From: Tubiluchus corallicola
Taxonomy: Eukaryota; Animalia; Priapulida
Reading direction: 5' to 3'
Assembly (NCBI GenBank): GCA_030141605.1
Contig: JAQGDQ010000309.1
Span: 62,001 to 126,000, forward strand
Length of the DNA stretch: 64,000 nt
Positions 1 through 64,000 of this stretch are shown one piece after another (position 1 is the first letter of the stretch; each line of letters opens with the position of its first letter). The notes under the pieces are model-generated. The model searched no databases. It was not told the DNA's origin and was given only the letters and a program-made list of their open reading frames with translations. A program made the position numbers and the translations under genes.

Positions 1-1379
1 ACAGTACTCAACAATGCTTATGCCAACTGCCAGAGCAATCCCACCAGCGAGAAACAGAAACATGCACTTGAGTTCGGCAAACCCGAGAGAGTCCGTCAAC
101 ATGCCTTCTTCGGGAGGCACTAAACAATGGGAGCCATTTTGCTTGAACAAATTCGACACCCACTTTTCCGTCAACCCGGTTTCAGCCAGTCTTGCAGTAC
201 CATAATCGATAATGCTCTTGTAAGGACTGTCAATAGGTAACGTCAGACACAAGTTCTTGAATGATGAGGAAACGTGAGGCACTATAGACAGTTGGCAGGC
301 GCCATGTTTCTGAAAATTAGACAATATCAGTACCTTTCCTGTAAAGAAGGAAGCAAAAAAAAAACATAATTGTCTTGAGCAACAAGTTCCGTTGCTTCGT
401 CAGTTGATGAAACTGGCACTTCACTATCTGATTGCATCTTCTCCCAAAGCTTTCCAAGGACAGAATTTTTAGGACTGTTGCGAAGATCATCGGTCATGGC
501 CCAGCTTGTAATAGTCACCGGCATGTAAGATGACACAAAGATTTCCTCCATTGACTTAAATGGATAAGCAATAGATCTAATGGTGAGCGAACTGACCAAC
601 GACCCCAAGTAAAGGTCAGACATGACTATTGCAAATAGCCACCAGATGGTCAACAAAGTCCGAGAAGCAACTGCCCTCGGCAGAATTGTCCAATTTTTTT
701 GCAAAAACGAAACTGTGGTGTAACATAAGACGTACGTAATACTTGGGATTGGTGTCCGTTTGCTCACATTGCTTATAACTTTTTCCTCTATGTACATCAG
801 GCAGCCACTGCTTAAACTAAATACCAATAAAACTATCCATATTTGCAACGAGAAAGGTGACAGTGAGGGGTTTCTTCGGAAGTGTTTGTCTGGCCTCTTG
901 ATCAACGCAACTTCCTTTGATTCTATCACCGGCGTGGTGAAATGGAGAATTTTGGCCCGGCTTTGTGTCCTTCTTAATAAGGACATTATTAAATCCACCT
1001 TTCCACTGACAGCCAGTGATGTGTGGTTGTACTCTGTGAAGCTGTAATGCCGGGTGGTGTAGGTAAAGTTGGCAAATTGGCTAAGTTGTTCCAGGATAGG
1101 CCCAGTAATTGGGTACATAAACCTTTCTTCGACAAAAAACGCCGCTCGCAAATGAAGACCACCAGGCTGCTTGATTTTCTCACCAACTTTCACTCCGGAA
1201 ATGACGTTGCGGAATGAAACTCCTTCCGTTTGAGCTTGCAGCGTCTTTATCATATCTTGTCGAAGATCGTTAAGCTGGTCTTTAGGTTCAAAATCCAAAC
1301 TTCCGCAAATGCTCACGCACACTAACAATGTCAGAAAGCTGTAAACATTAAAGCACAACTTGGACTTGAAAATTTTCAT
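1..1379 (-). CDS. Intronless divergent ionotropic glutamate receptor-like / variant ionotropic receptor (IR), no ATD; frameshift in A10 run at 355-364; 3' end runs off the window
   Basis: ORF 327-1379 has a signal peptide, S1 (VDLIMSLLRRTQSRAKILHFTTPV), M1 (LSPFSLQIWIVLL), P-loop (VSFLQK), M3 (RTLLTIWWLFAIVMSDLYLGSLVSSLT) and S2 start (PFKSMEEI). A frame change at the homopolymer continues to base 1 without a stop: ASFFTGK...CQL...LPIDSPYKSIIDYGTARLAETGLTEKW...C...SLGFAELKCMFLFLAGGIALAVGISIVEY (S2 end plus M4). Confidence 0.85.
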
Positions 1380-1799
1380 TCTTTTGGATGCTCTGGTTAC
1401 GGTAAATTATATTAGCGGGTAACTGTAATTAATGCTGGATAGAAATTCTATAGTTATTGTTCTGTTTTAATGGTTCTATTTCACTATACATGGCACATAA
1501 TACTGCCTATCGTACAGCTGCCTATGTATTGATGACCACTAGAACTCCCGTGAAGTCTAATGGATGACCATAGGTTACATTTTCTGTGTCATTACATTAT
1601 TTGTCCATACATGGTTTTGTTGTGTGCAACAACCAGGGTAACACAGTATAGACAAAGGTATCATTCTGTAGCCGCTTGTCACCTGTGCAAAAGATAAACA
1701 TTAACTGTATGTGCAGTGACGTGTCAATATGCATTATGCAGCCCCAATACTGGCAGTTATTTGAGATGTGTGTGCATCGGATCAATTATTAACATATTC

Positions 1800-2230
1800 T
1801 TCAATTCATTCGTTTGCTCGTCCGTTCACTTGGTCGTTCATTTATTCGTTCATTTTTCTGTCTGTCCGTCCATGGCTATGTGCGTCCATTTAACCGTTGT
1901 CCCATCCGACCGCTGTTCATTCACTCATTCATTCGTTCGTTCGTTCATTTGTGAAATTTTATGCATTCATTCTAATTCTTTCTTCATTAATGCATTCTAT
2001 CATTCATGCGTTCGTTCGTTCGTTCGTTCTTTCATTCGTTCGTTTTTATGCATTCATTCTAATTCAATTCGTTCGTTCGTTTGTTCGTTCGTTCTTTCAT
2101 TCATTCGTTCGTTTTTATGCGTTCATTCTAATTCATTCATTCATTAATTCATTCATTCGTCCATTTATTTCATTCATTCATTCATTCGTTCATTCATTCA
2201 TTCACACAAATGTTCTTTCATTCATTTAGT
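1800..2230. repeat. Degenerate (TTCA)n/(TTCG)n microsatellite
   Basis: Seen directly. Confidence 0.9.
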
Positions 2231-2917
2231 AATCATTATATATTTACGCCTGGCAGTTGATATAATTATTTAACAAGAAATCTCTTTATGAGAATTTTTT
2301 AAGTAAACTCATGCATAAGTAGTATACATAAGATATTCAAAGATGAACGAAGGGATATTTTTAATCACGTTGCGACCCTTTGTATTTTAGTACTATAATA
2401 CTGTTCCTGTGGACAAAGTAAATAGCAATGCAGAATTCATTATTCCATCTAGATAACTGACGTTAAACTGTCTTTTTCTGGAATTATAACTAGTTTTCAT
2501 AAATTTTTAAAACTACATGTAAATATGCACATTGCATTATAATTAACATGATGTTTATGTATGTTGTAGGTTTTAGTTGGTTTTAGATGTGATGTTATTA
2601 TGTGTATTAGTTATAGTGTTGAAAAGTACGTTTTTATGTCTTTGAGTCAATTGAATTTGTATTATATAATTGTACGTGTTGTTTGATGTTTGATATCATT
2701 TGTAATATGTGGATTTGTTTTATATTGAAATGTTTGTATTTGACATAACTTGTATTGGTATTTTGTTTTTAACACTAATACAAACAGCAGTTTTTTGGCT
2801 GATTATACATAATTATCTTCCTTGTATATATGATACTTGTGTATGTATAATAATGGCAATAAGGAATTATATATATGTTAAGTTTACTATTGTCACACGG
2901 CTATAATTTTACTTTAG

Positions 2918-63525
<60,608 letters not shown>

Positions 63526-64000
63526 ATATGCATCATATAAAAATCAAAAATGAAAAAGTTTTTAAATTCTTTTTAACAAGAACAGCATCCGTTTTCTAAA
63601 TAGTGTACTATAAATAAATTATAATAAATTTTGTTACATTTGTATTAGCAAAATCCAACGAGACACCTGCACACTAGCAGTTATTCTTCATATTTTTCCT
63701 GACGATGACTGCTAGTGTGCAGTAGAGACGGTGAATTTTTGTAATAAAAATGTAACGAAATTTATTGTAAACTGGTAGTTTATGAAATGCGTGAAATGTT
63801 GCTCAAAAAGAAAAGAAAAAAGAGATCAGGCATTTTGGATTGTAAAGGTTTCTGTATTTTGGCATTTCGGTATGAACAATGAACAATTAAACGTTTTGTC
63901 AAAAAGAAACTTTTGTCAGTAATGTCCCAGAATGTGGAATTTCAGACCAAAATTAACGCAAAGTCCATGCATCCATACTACACTTATTATCGCCATACGT

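Overview
AT-rich animal (invertebrate-like) genomic DNA, not prokaryotic. The window is dominated by one + strand polycystin-1-family (PKD1L/REJ-type) gene. I reconstructed 38 GT-AG exons by hand from 2918 to 63525, with all intron phases compatible, giving about 2113 aa; the 5' end lies outside the window. The product runs REJ, GAIN/GPS, TM1, PLAT, TM2-5, TOP domain, then the six-TM channel unit and a C-tail. Its introns hold several nested passengers. An intronless, ATD-less iGluR/IR-like gene (- strand, 1-1379) is broken only by a frameshift in an A10 run and is probably intronic. An intact solitary histone H1 (- strand) lacks the 3' stem-loop. An intronless, strongly diverged Epac/RAPGEF4-derived RA+CDC25 pseudogene has a novel N-terminus, an upstream RFX X-box and flanking transposon-like subterminal repeats. 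An antisense WSC-domain exon is also present. The rest is LINE fragments, hAT/Kolobok/Harbinger-like MITEs, two minisatellites traceable to dispersed repeats, and many microsatellites. All family assignments come from motif recognition by eye; no database searches were run.
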